Of a stretch of DNA of 64,000 nt, positions 47,208 through 55,522 are shown piece by piece. Origin of the DNA: Planctomycetales bacterium. Lineage in GTDB: Bacteria > 4484-113. The position numbers and the translations under genes are program-made. The DNA lies in the NCBI GenBank assembly GCA_037441675.1, contig JBBIRS010000001.1, positions 224,001 through 288,000 on the forward strand, in the 5' to 3' direction. How positions within the stretch are numbered: position 1 is the stretch's first letter; the number at the start of each line of letters is the position of its first letter. Under the pieces are notes generated by a model. It was not told where the DNA came from. It saw only the letters and a program-made list of their open reading frames with translations, and ran no database searches.

Positions 47208-48368
47208 TCAAATAACAGCCTGTTCGTGGAGTGGGCTTTCTCCATCCTTAAATCTTGTGATTGAAAGCGGTGAAATATCAAAGCATCTCGCAGTACCTTC
47301 TACGATTAACTCCGCGATGGCTTTCGTGGTTATTGGAGAGTGCATTGCGCCATGCCCGGAAAATCCAGCCGCAATGAATAGATTTGAAAATTGGGGTATT
47401 CTTCCCAATATTGAGTGATGGTCTGGTGTGGTGTCGTAAAAACCTGCCCAACCATCCCGAAGATTGGCTTCTTCTAGTACGGGGAATCTTCTTAGCGCCA
47501 TCTCTGCGACTAAGAATCTGAACTCCGGATCCACGCTGTAGTTAAAACCTGGTGGCTCGTCTTTGTTGCTATAACCAAGCAAGAATCCTCCAGATTCGCT
47601 CTTCACGTATAACCCCGTCCCCATATCAATCATCAACGGCACTTCTTGACGCATACCATCAAAAGGCTCCGTATCAAATACCTGTCTTCTAATTGGAACT
47701 ATTGGAATAGAAAGCCCGAGGAGTTTGCCAATTTCACCGCTCCATGCGCCAGCGGCAATTACAACTGCCTCCGCTTCAATCTCGCCAGCCTTCTCTGTTT
47801 TTACCACTCTCACCTTATCATCCTTAGTCTCAAATCCCACAACCTCCGCCTCGTATAATGCGATTCCATCTGCCTCTAGAAAGAAGTTTGAATACGCGAG
47901 CATAAATTCGTAAGGGTCAAAGTAACCATCCGTTGGACAGTATGTCCCCCCGATAATATCCTCTGTATTAACCTGTTCACATATTTCCTTGACTCGCTTG
48001 GCGCCTTCAAAGAACTCAACTTGAACCCCGAATTCCTTTTGCAAGGAGATATTTCTGGATAAAGCTTCCAAATGCTCTGGCTTAGTAGCCATGAACATAT
48101 AGCCGAATTGTTTTACCTCAGGCTGAACCCCCACCTCTTCCTTAAAGTTAGTCAGGATACGAATAGACTTCACGCTCATTTCAATATTTGGTTTAGTAGA
48201 GAATTGAACGCGGAATCCGCCAGCGCTCTTCCCCGTGGAATGAAGTCCAGGCATCTTCTCCTTCTCTAGGACAACTACGCTCTTCTCTCCAAGCTTAACA
48301 AGGTTAGCAGCTATTCCAAATCCTATGAGCCCCCCGCCGATTATAGCAACTTTATATACAGGCGACAT
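47208..48368 (-). CDS. FAD-dependent oxidoreductase (sarcosine oxidase beta / DAO family)
   Basis: IIGGGLIG, STGKSAGG, VIAAGAWS, WAGFYDTTPDHHSILG, AGFSGHG. Confidence 0.92.
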   Translation of the reverse strand: MSPVYKVAIIGGGLIGFGIAANLVKLGEKSVVVLEKEKMPGLHSTGKSAGGFRVQFSTKPNIEMSVKSIRILTNFKEEVGVQPEVKQFGYMFMATKPEHLEALSRNISLQKEFGVQVEFFEGAKRVKEICEQVNTEDIIGGTYCPTDGYFDPYEFMLAYSNFFLEADGIALYEAEVVGFETKDDKVRVVKTEKAGEIEAEAVVIAAGAWSGEIGKLLGLSIPIVPIRRQVFDTEPFDGMRQEVPLMIDMGTGLYVKSESGGFLLGYSNKDEPPGFNYSVDPEFRFLVAEMALRRFPVLEEANLRDGWAGFYDTTPDHHSILGRIPQFSNLFIAAGFSGHGAMHSPITTKAIAELIVEGTARCFDISPLSITRFKDGESPLHEQAVI

Positions 48369-48478
48369 TGGCTTGACTTGGTAGGCTTAATTCCCCTTCC
48401 GCCAAGCATCATCCTCAAGCTAAGAAATTTGCGGAAGCATCAGAAAAAAACCAAAGACATTTTTGCAACTTTGAATTT

Positions 48479-49360
48479 CTACTTAAGCCAGTACTGCCTC
48501 TTTACCTTAAGCCTCTCCTTCGCAGGAAACATCTCGCCAAGTGCCTCCATAAACTCAACAAATTCAAGATCAATCATTCTCAGTATTTGATACTGTTGAA
48601 GTTTTGTTAGCTCCTTATATTCAAACATCTCCGGGTTGGAAAGCACGAGCGAGAATTTCACAGGTATCTCGTTTAATAATAGCTCCTCAATCCTAGAGAT
48701 ATCCTGGTCATTAAATCTAAATGCGATAACCCACCGATATGCGTTCACCAGGGGGTCCCATTCCTGGTCCTTCAGAACCACCTTTTCAGGATAGTATAGG
48801 TAATCTCCTTCAACATCAACAAAGAATGGTCTAGCTCCACCTTCGTAGATTAACTCTTCTTTCGTTGGATACTGACGCCTTTCCTTTGCCATTTGATTCC
48901 TAGCTCGCTCAACGTGCTTTTCCAGTTTTTGGGAACCGTACTCCAGATGAACGTAATCCTCAAAATTCACTAGCTCATTAACGAAGTAGCGATTTGAAAT
49001 GCCGGGAGCTTTGAAGTAAAGAATAACAATTGCCTCTCTTCCCTGGGGCGTGATGTCTAAAAAGTAATTTATTACTTCTTGAGTTTTTCCAGCATCGGTA
49101 ATGTTATTTGCGTCAATGACTCTTTGGATTTGATCCTTGATAAGCTCCCTAGTTACAACGTAGCTGTAAACGTGGTAGCCGAGCTTCTTGTCCCAGTATA
49201 GATGCATTCTTTGACCTGGGTAACGTGAAAGCGACCAATCGTATGAAAGCTTTGTGCGCGAAGGAATTGCAGGTCTAAAGTCTTCAGGTTTGAATGGTTG
49301 CGCGGAAGCTATCAAAGAAAAAAGTGCCACGCATACAGCACTGGATAAAACAGTCCTCAT
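48479..49360 (-). CDS. Exported hypothetical protein
   Basis: 293-aa ORF with Sec-type signal (..LIASA-Q) and GGAGAGG RBS. Confidence 0.75.
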   Translation of the reverse strand: MRTVLSSAVCVALFSLIASAQPFKPEDFRPAIPSRTKLSYDWSLSRYPGQRMHLYWDKKLGYHVYSYVVTRELIKDQIQRVIDANNITDAGKTQEVINYFLDITPQGREAIVILYFKAPGISNRYFVNELVNFEDYVHLEYGSQKLEKHVERARNQMAKERRQYPTKEELIYEGGARPFFVDVEGDYLYYPEKVVLKDQEWDPLVNAYRWVIAFRFNDQDISRIEELLLNEIPVKFSLVLSNPEMFEYKELTKLQQYQILRMIDLEFVEFMEALGEMFPAKERLKVKRQYWLK

Positions 49361-49585
49361 AGTGCCCTCTCCAAAGTTTGCTTAAAAATCCCGATTGAAA
49401 TTCTACCACTATTTTATCTTTTGAGCAAACTAGCCTACCTTAGCGGTGCGTAGTTCAAGAGGCTAAGGAGGTTGCTCGTATCATTTCAAAATATCTCAAA
49501 CCAAACCCAAAAACATCTGAAGACAAATGGCGTTATCCTTTGCCATAGGAGCGTCAAAATCTAGAGTTGCATTCACATTCACTGA

Positions 49586-50461
49586 CTAGTGTGTTACCAC
49601 GCCTTCTATGCCGAAGAGTTTTCCAAGAACCTTACCCACGAAAAAGGTAGCAACAGCAGTTCCAAGCATTAGCACTGTTGCCTCCAAGAACTCTCTCAAA
49701 AAGTTCCTATCAAAAACGACAGCGCTATAGAAGGTGAGCAGAGCAATCATCAATATCCCAATAATAACGGACACTAAAAAGGCAAGCGCCATATCAGCGG
49801 TTAAGAAGTATGGAAGTGCAAGCATTACTACCGAAACGATGTAGCTGAACCCTGTTGCAAATGCAGAGGTTATAGCGGAACGCTCTGGGTCTTGCTTTGC
49901 CTGAATGTAAGATGCGGAGCCCATTGAAATCGCTGCTGCGAAACCTACTATCAATCCTGAAATTCCAGCGACCAGAGTTGAGCCGGTCACTCCAAGGAAT
50001 CCCGCGTGGACGCCGGTAATCTCAACAATGGCATCAGCAAGCCCAAGGGCGATGAACCCAATGTACTTTATAATTTTATCTTTTAGCTGGCTGATGAAAA
50101 ACTTTTCATGCTCCTCCTCGTCCCTGATGAGGTTTACAAGCTCATCTTTATGAACCTCTGGAATTTCAGCAAGTGCTTTCTTATACTCTTCTAAAACCCT
50201 ATGCTCATGGCGCTCTAGAAACTTCAGTTCGAACGTCAATCCGAGAACGTATCTCATAGAGAAGAACAGCGCCAAGAGTGCCTTGTTCACCTTTGGCTCA
50301 TAGCCTTGCCCAAACTTCGCCCAGAAAGTGTAGTGAGCATACTCCTGCGCGGATAGCTTTTCTAGCATCTCTCTGTTATGCGAATTTCTTTCTCGCTTAG
50401 CTAGTTTCTGATAGAGCAGGTAATCCGCGTATTCATCATAAATATATTCCTTGGGTTTCAT
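49586..50461 (-). CDS. Ferritin/rubrerythrin-like + VIT1/CCC1 iron exporter (MbfA-like)
   Basis: ExxH di-iron motifs (EYAH, EEEH); LGLADAIVE, AAAISMGSASY and TMs of VIT1 family. Confidence 0.88.
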   Translation of the reverse strand: MKPKEYIYDEYADYLLYQKLAKRERNSHNREMLEKLSAQEYAHYTFWAKFGQGYEPKVNKALLALFFSMRYVLGLTFELKFLERHEHRVLEEYKKALAEIPEVHKDELVNLIRDEEEHEKFFISQLKDKIIKYIGFIALGLADAIVEITGVHAGFLGVTGSTLVAGISGLIVGFAAAISMGSASYIQAKQDPERSAITSAFATGFSYIVSVVMLALPYFLTADMALAFLVSVIIGILMIALLTFYSAVVFDRNFLREFLEATVLMLGTAVATFFVGKVLGKLFGIEGVVTH

Positions 50462-50639
50462 TAGGCAAAATTAGAAGATGAGTAAATCGTAAACCGCAAA
50501 AATTCTCATACCGCTTTACTCCACCGCATAATTACGCGCATAAACATAAATAAAATCACTAATTTCAGCAAAAAATAGCTGAGCTAAATTTTCCTCACGG
50601 TAGCCTGCAAGGCATCATACCCAGAGCTAATCTTAAGTT

Positions 50640-50712
50640 TACCCTGGGCGGGAATTGAACCCGCAACCCCCCGCTTAGGAGGCGGATGCTCTGTCCGTTG
50701 AGCTACCAGGGC
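50640..50712 (-). tRNA. tRNA-Arg (CCT)
   Basis: GCCCTGG acceptor, TAGCTCAACGGACAGAGC D arm, TCCGC-CTCCTAA-GCGGG anticodon arm, GGTTCAATTCC T arm; CCA not encoded. Confidence 0.95.
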
Positions 50713-50803
50713 GCTTCTTTCATTTTACCACGCAGAATCTTCCTCCCTTGGCGTTTATTTATGTTACTCTTTTCTCACCCTTTTGTCTTTCAAATTGGGA
50801 AAA

Positions 50804-50877
50804 CACGCCCGGCAGGATTCGAACCTGCGGCCTTCTGTTCCGTAGACAGACGCTCTAATCCTCTGAGCTACGGGCGC
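50804..50877 (-). tRNA. tRNA-Arg (ACG)
   Basis: GCGCCCG acceptor, TCTGT-CTACGGA-ACAGA anticodon arm, GGTTCGAATCC T arm; CCA not encoded. Confidence 0.95.
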
Positions 50878-50906
50878 TTCAACACTTTCCTCTTATGCCT
50901 ACCCCA

Positions 50907-50935
50907 ATGATAATTCTACTAAAATTGTCTGTCAA
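50907..50935 (-). promoter_or_regulatory. Sigma70-type promoter upstream of the tRNA-Arg genes
   Basis: Minus strand TTGACA - 17 nt - TATCAT. Confidence 0.65.
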
Positions 50936-51044
50936 TTCACTTAAATCAATTATAAAGCGTTAATTCCCCATTCTGGATAATCTTATATCTAGATGAACCT
51001 CCTCTTGAGTAAACTTGAATTCTCGGCAATAATCTATTTAGCTT

Positions 51045-52874
51045 ATGTATGAGAGCCTCGCGAATCTTTTTTCATCAATACTCCAAAATGTCCTAAAAAA
51101 GCTTGGTTTTGAGGAACAACCTGCCAGGCTCTCAAAGACGTCAACATTTCCCTCCACTCTTCCCTTTACACCCATCGTTCCGCCAAGAGAATGGGGCATT
51201 GCTTTCATCTTGCCTCAATTAGCAAAAGCAAATGCATTAAAACAAGTCGCAGAAGAGTTAAAGGCGGTCAAGGACTTGCCGGCAATTATCGCAAGATGCG
51301 AGGCGGAAGGGATTTATCTTAACCTCTACTTTGATCCAAAGCAGGCTTCTAACGAGGTCTTAAGCAAGATTTTATACTGCTACCATACCAATGACCACCT
51401 AAGCCTTTTTCAACAGGGAAAAAGAACGCGAGAACGCGTTATGATCGAATTCTCTCAGCCAAATACCCATAAGGAATTCCACGTTGGTCACTTGAGAAAT
51501 GTTCTCATTGGCAATGCGATTTCAAATTTATACTCCTTTCTAGGATATTCAGTGGTGCGTGCCAATTACTACGGCGACCACGGCATTCACATCGCCAAGA
51601 CGCTTTGGGGCTTCAAGAAGTTCTATAACTGCCAAATCCCAAGTGGTGTTGACCCCGCAGAATTCTTAGGTGAGGTTTATACACGCGCGGAAATTTCAAA
51701 CCGCGAAGCGGAAAACACTGAGGAGGGGAAAAAGATTGAAGAGGAGCAACTTGCAATTCTCGGAAATATTCTTCAAGACGGGACGGAGGAGAATAAACTT
51801 TGGCTAAAGACTCGCCAATACTTCCTTGCGAAATTCCGCGAAATCTACGAAGAGCTGGGAGTAAAGTTTGACGTTGAATTCTTTGAAAGCGAGGTGGAAA
51901 GGAAGGGTAGGGAGATTGTGAAAGAGCTTGTTGAAAGAGGCGTGGCGAGATGTGAAACTAGCGGTGAGTATGTTGGCACAATTTATGTGGATTTTTCTGA
52001 GCTCAACGCGCCACATCTCGGCAAAATGGTTCTGATTCGCTCCGACGGAACTAGCCTTTACCAGACAAAGGAGTTAGCCCTCGCCAAGGAAAAGTTCACG
52101 AGTTCATTCAAAGCCCGAGATGGTTCTGAAGGTGGAATTGACATTTCCCTTTACCTTGTGGGAAGCGAGCAGAAGCTTTACTTCCAACAACTTTTCAAAA
52201 TACTGGAAGCCTGGGGATTTCCCCAGGCAAAGAACTGTAAGCATGTATCTTATGAGCTTGTCCAGCTTGCGACAGGAAAGATGAGTAGTAGGGAGGGAAC
52301 TATTATCTCTTATAGCGATTTCCTAAACGAGGCAAAAGTGCGTGCGAGGAGGTTAACCGATGAGCGCGGCATCAGCGCCGATAAGGGAAACGTGTCCGCG
52401 CTTGTTGCTCTTGGCGCGATAAAATACGCCTTTCTCAAAGTAAGTCCAGATAAGCCTATTATCTTTGACTGGAATACCGCCCTCACCTTTGATGGCAACT
52501 CCGGCCCCTACATACAGTACGCCTACGCCCGTGCCAGAAAGCTCATTCTTGATTTTATCCCAAGCGTGCCTGATAACGCTTCTCTCATCAAAGATGGCGT
52601 TCATTTAACCGACGAGGAAATCTACCTTTGTCGTGTTCTGATGGATTTTCCAACAAAGTTGAAACAAGCTCTTTCAAGTTTCGCAGTTAGCATAATCTGC
52701 GGTTACATCTACGAACTTACGCGAGCCTTTACATCCTTTTACGATACCTGTCCAGTTCTCTCGTCAGATGAGCCTACCCGCACTTTTAGAAGAACCCTTG
52801 TCTTTTGCTTTGTTAGGGTGCTAGAGTGGTTAGCATCTGATATACTAGGGATTAAACTTCCGGAAGAGATGTAA
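51045..52874 (+). CDS. argS: Arginine-tRNA ligase
   Basis: IEFSQPNTHKEFHVGHLRN, RSDGTSLYQTKELA, KMSSREG, GNSGPYIQYAYAR, terminal LGIKLPEEM. Confidence 0.97.
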   Translation: MYESLANLFSSILQNVLKKLGFEEQPARLSKTSTFPSTLPFTPIVPPREWGIAFILPQLAKANALKQVAEELKAVKDLPAIIARCEAEGIYLNLYFDPKQASNEVLSKILYCYHTNDHLSLFQQGKRTRERVMIEFSQPNTHKEFHVGHLRNVLIGNAISNLYSFLGYSVVRANYYGDHGIHIAKTLWGFKKFYNCQIPSGVDPAEFLGEVYTRAEISNREAENTEEGKKIEEEQLAILGNILQDGTEENKLWLKTRQYFLAKFREIYEELGVKFDVEFFESEVERKGREIVKELVERGVARCETSGEYVGTIYVDFSELNAPHLGKMVLIRSDGTSLYQTKELALAKEKFTSSFKARDGSEGGIDISLYLVGSEQKLYFQQLFKILEAWGFPQAKNCKHVSYELVQLATGKMSSREGTIISYSDFLNEAKVRARRLTDERGISADKGNVSALVALGAIKYAFLKVSPDKPIIFDWNTALTFDGNSGPYIQYAYARARKLILDFIPSVPDNASLIKDGVHLTDEEIYLCRVLMDFPTKLKQALSSFAVSIICGYIYELTRAFTSFYDTCPVLSSDEPTRTFRRTLVFCFVRVLEWLASDILGIKLPEEM

Positions 52875-52876
52875 AG

Positions 52877-54637
52877 ATGGCGAGGCAGTATCGGACTTTT
52901 AATATAAGAAAACTAGTAAAGGCTCTTCAGGGTTTTTCAGTAAAGAGGGAAAGCCCAGGTGTTATCATCAACCGCCTTCTCTTAGATGCCTCTTACCTTC
53001 TGAAGCTTTCACCTGAGGAAGTGGAAGCGGAGTATGAGAAAAAGCCACTGCTCTTATTCGGCATACTAGAGATAAGTCAGCTTGCGTCACTATTTACGGT
53101 GGAAATAGTCAGTGATCGTGCATTTCTGGAGTACTTTCAAAAGCGCCCACCCACTTCTTCATTCCTTTTTTTCTTCTCTGAAGTTGAAGATTTATCTTAC
53201 TACTCGACCTCCGGTTTAAAAATCTACGTCGCTCAAGATCCAGCGGACATTGTCGCTTTTATTCAAAATGTTCTCAGGTATGCGCATCTTTTTTACAACT
53301 GGGCTCCTGGCGATATTTTTTCCCTTGGCAAAATTTTGCATACCAAGTTTCTTGCGGGTGCAGTAATCTGGAATGAGCCAGATGAGTTTGAATCTCATAT
53401 AATCCGAGCCCTATCAGCGCTGGATTTGCCTTTGTTCTCAAGAATCTCTTTGTATCCCTATCTCAACTATATAAACGTTGTTGATATGGACGATCTATTC
53501 AACAAGGTTCGTGCGTTAAAACCGACTATCGGAGCTCACAAGGCTAAAGGCGAAGGAGAATCTCAAAAGCTAAACACTTCACTTCCCAAGCCTAAAGTCT
53601 ACGGAGGCACATACTCTTCCTTCTTCGTTGTTCGGGAAATGGGTGGAACAGATGGCGTTGAAGTAAGGGGAAACGAGAGTGAGAACGTTGGCTTGATTGT
53701 GGATATTGGCGATAAAAACGTTGACATCACACTTTCTCATTATATTGAAGAAGATCTGATGCAAGTATTTTCCCACCATCCATGGATGCGTTTTTCTGAG
53801 GATAGTTTCTTTTCGATAACAGTTACAAAGGCAGATGTTGAACCGGTAGAGTTGGGAAGGGAAGTTTACGATAAACTGAAGGAGCGACTTCTCCTCAACC
53901 AAGTGGCGGTAAGCCTAATTTTTGATACCCCAAGGCTAACTACCTTAAAGCCGACAATATCTGCCTACCAGGAAGAGAGAAAAAATGCGCTTCAAAGGCG
54001 CTCCGACCTTGACGCTCCACTTCTAATCTGCACCTACTGCCAAAGGTACTGCAAGAATGGATTTTGCTTCGTATCAGTGAATCATCCGCCCCAGTGTGAA
54101 CTATCCTATGACGCAGTTCGCGCCTCTGCGCTTCTTACCAATTCAACCGAGGCGTTCTCTATTGAAAAAGGCGAAATAATAGATAAACAAAGACTTCAAT
54201 TCACTGGAGTTAACAAATTTGCCCGCATCCTATCCGAGGGAGAGATAAAGCATGTGAATCTGCAGTCCATCCTCGCAGACCCACCTCCAACAACTGCCTA
54301 CGCCCAGAATATTGCCTATCTGAATGAAGATGTTAGCGGAATACTTATCCTTTCAAGAGATTTTGAAGGTCTCTCGCCAGATAGAAAGACCTACTTTGGC
54401 TTATTAAAAGAAGTGGTGGGCGCGCAGGTTCCAGGGGTAATGGGGGTTTCGGACGCCTATCTTAAATCCAAAGAATTCCTCTCTTCCGAAGGTGGCCTAG
54501 GGCGAGTGGTGTGGATGCCTTCAGTCCTAAAGAAACGTCTTGGATTTGAAAGTTTTCTTCACATAGCCACAGAACGTGAGTGTAATAATATGCTCCTTCT
54601 AAAAGCTTTTCTTAAGGAGCGTGGATTCTCTTTTTAA
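52877..54637 (+). CDS. Divergent acetyl-CoA synthase (AcsB/CdhC)-like protein lacking the Ni-binding CGC motif
   Basis: CTYC-x8-C-x9-C, IEKGEIID...GVN, GAQVPG, YLKSKEFLSSEGGLGRVVWMPSVLKKRL match the ACS C-terminal domain. Confidence 0.8.
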   Translation: MARQYRTFNIRKLVKALQGFSVKRESPGVIINRLLLDASYLLKLSPEEVEAEYEKKPLLLFGILEISQLASLFTVEIVSDRAFLEYFQKRPPTSSFLFFFSEVEDLSYYSTSGLKIYVAQDPADIVAFIQNVLRYAHLFYNWAPGDIFSLGKILHTKFLAGAVIWNEPDEFESHIIRALSALDLPLFSRISLYPYLNYINVVDMDDLFNKVRALKPTIGAHKAKGEGESQKLNTSLPKPKVYGGTYSSFFVVREMGGTDGVEVRGNESENVGLIVDIGDKNVDITLSHYIEEDLMQVFSHHPWMRFSEDSFFSITVTKADVEPVELGREVYDKLKERLLLNQVAVSLIFDTPRLTTLKPTISAYQEERKNALQRRSDLDAPLLICTYCQRYCKNGFCFVSVNHPPQCELSYDAVRASALLTNSTEAFSIEKGEIIDKQRLQFTGVNKFARILSEGEIKHVNLQSILADPPPTTAYAQNIAYLNEDVSGILILSRDFEGLSPDRKTYFGLLKEVVGAQVPGVMGVSDAYLKSKEFLSSEGGLGRVVWMPSVLKKRLGFESFLHIATERECNNMLLLKAFLKERGFSF

Positions 54638-54640
54638 CCT

Positions 54641-55462
54641 ATGAACGATCATCAATTCTTACTTCCAAAGAGTAAACTCAGGGTCTGCGCACTTCAGTTA
54701 TCCTTATTCGCAAACTCAGTTCAAGATAATCTTTCAAAAATCAAAATGCACCTAAGCGAAATAGAATCGGGTTCAGTTGACCTTGTAGTCGTGCCCGAGC
54801 TTGCCAACACCTTTTACAATTATGAGGTAATAGAGTCGTTGGAAGAGGGTGAAGAGGAGGAATTTCTTTCTCCGCTTCAATCATTCTGTAAAGAAAAGAA
54901 TTCTGTGCTGGTAGTGGGATTAGCAGTACGTGAGGGTGGGTGTCTGAGAAACCGAGCTTATTTCATAAGTTCCGATGGCACGGTTAAAGGTCATTACGAC
55001 AAAATGCACTTAATATCACTCCTCGATGAGGATCTTCACTTCACGCCTGGAAATTCAACAAAAATCTTTGATGTTAAAGATTGGAAAGTTGGAATTGGGA
55101 TTTGTTTTGATATCAGATTTCCCGAGCTTTTCATAAATTATGCTCTTGATAATTGCAATCTGATTGTCCTTCCAGCTTGTTTTCCATATGAGCGTAGGAA
55201 CCATTGGCGCCATCTCAACTTAGCTCGTGCCCAGGAAGGACAGTTCTTCTTTCTTGGTGCAAATATGGGTGGAACCGGCTCTACAAAATGGGGCGATAAA
55301 ACTTACGGTGGAAGCATTCTTGCCTCGCCCGATTCCTGCCCAATCGCGGAGTTACCCTGGGGAAGCGAGGGAATCCTTACTTGCGAGATTGACCCGAAGG
55401 AAATTGCTATTCAAAAGTCACTCTTTGATCTAATGGCTAATCGTAATCGCCCGCCACTCTGA
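54641..55462 (+). CDS. Carbon-nitrogen hydrolase (nitrilase/amidase family)
   Basis: E-K-C triad: VVPELA, YDKMHL, GICFDIRFPE. Confidence 0.93.
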   Translation: MNDHQFLLPKSKLRVCALQLSLFANSVQDNLSKIKMHLSEIESGSVDLVVVPELANTFYNYEVIESLEEGEEEEFLSPLQSFCKEKNSVLVVGLAVREGGCLRNRAYFISSDGTVKGHYDKMHLISLLDEDLHFTPGNSTKIFDVKDWKVGIGICFDIRFPELFINYALDNCNLIVLPACFPYERRNHWRHLNLARAQEGQFFFLGANMGGTGSTKWGDKTYGGSILASPDSCPIAELPWGSEGILTCEIDPKEIAIQKSLFDLMANRNRPPL

Positions 55463-55522
55463 GAAGGGTTTATTATGAACGCAGTCCCTTAATCTAACTG
55501 CCGAAGATGATTCTCAATATGT

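Noticed and set aside
50686..50910. 74-aa ORF
   Set aside because: Antisense to the two tRNA genes
52877..54637. Evidence for a functional Wood-Ljungdahl pathway
   Set aside because: CGC nickel ligands are absent and no CODH, corrinoid or methyltransferase genes are in the window
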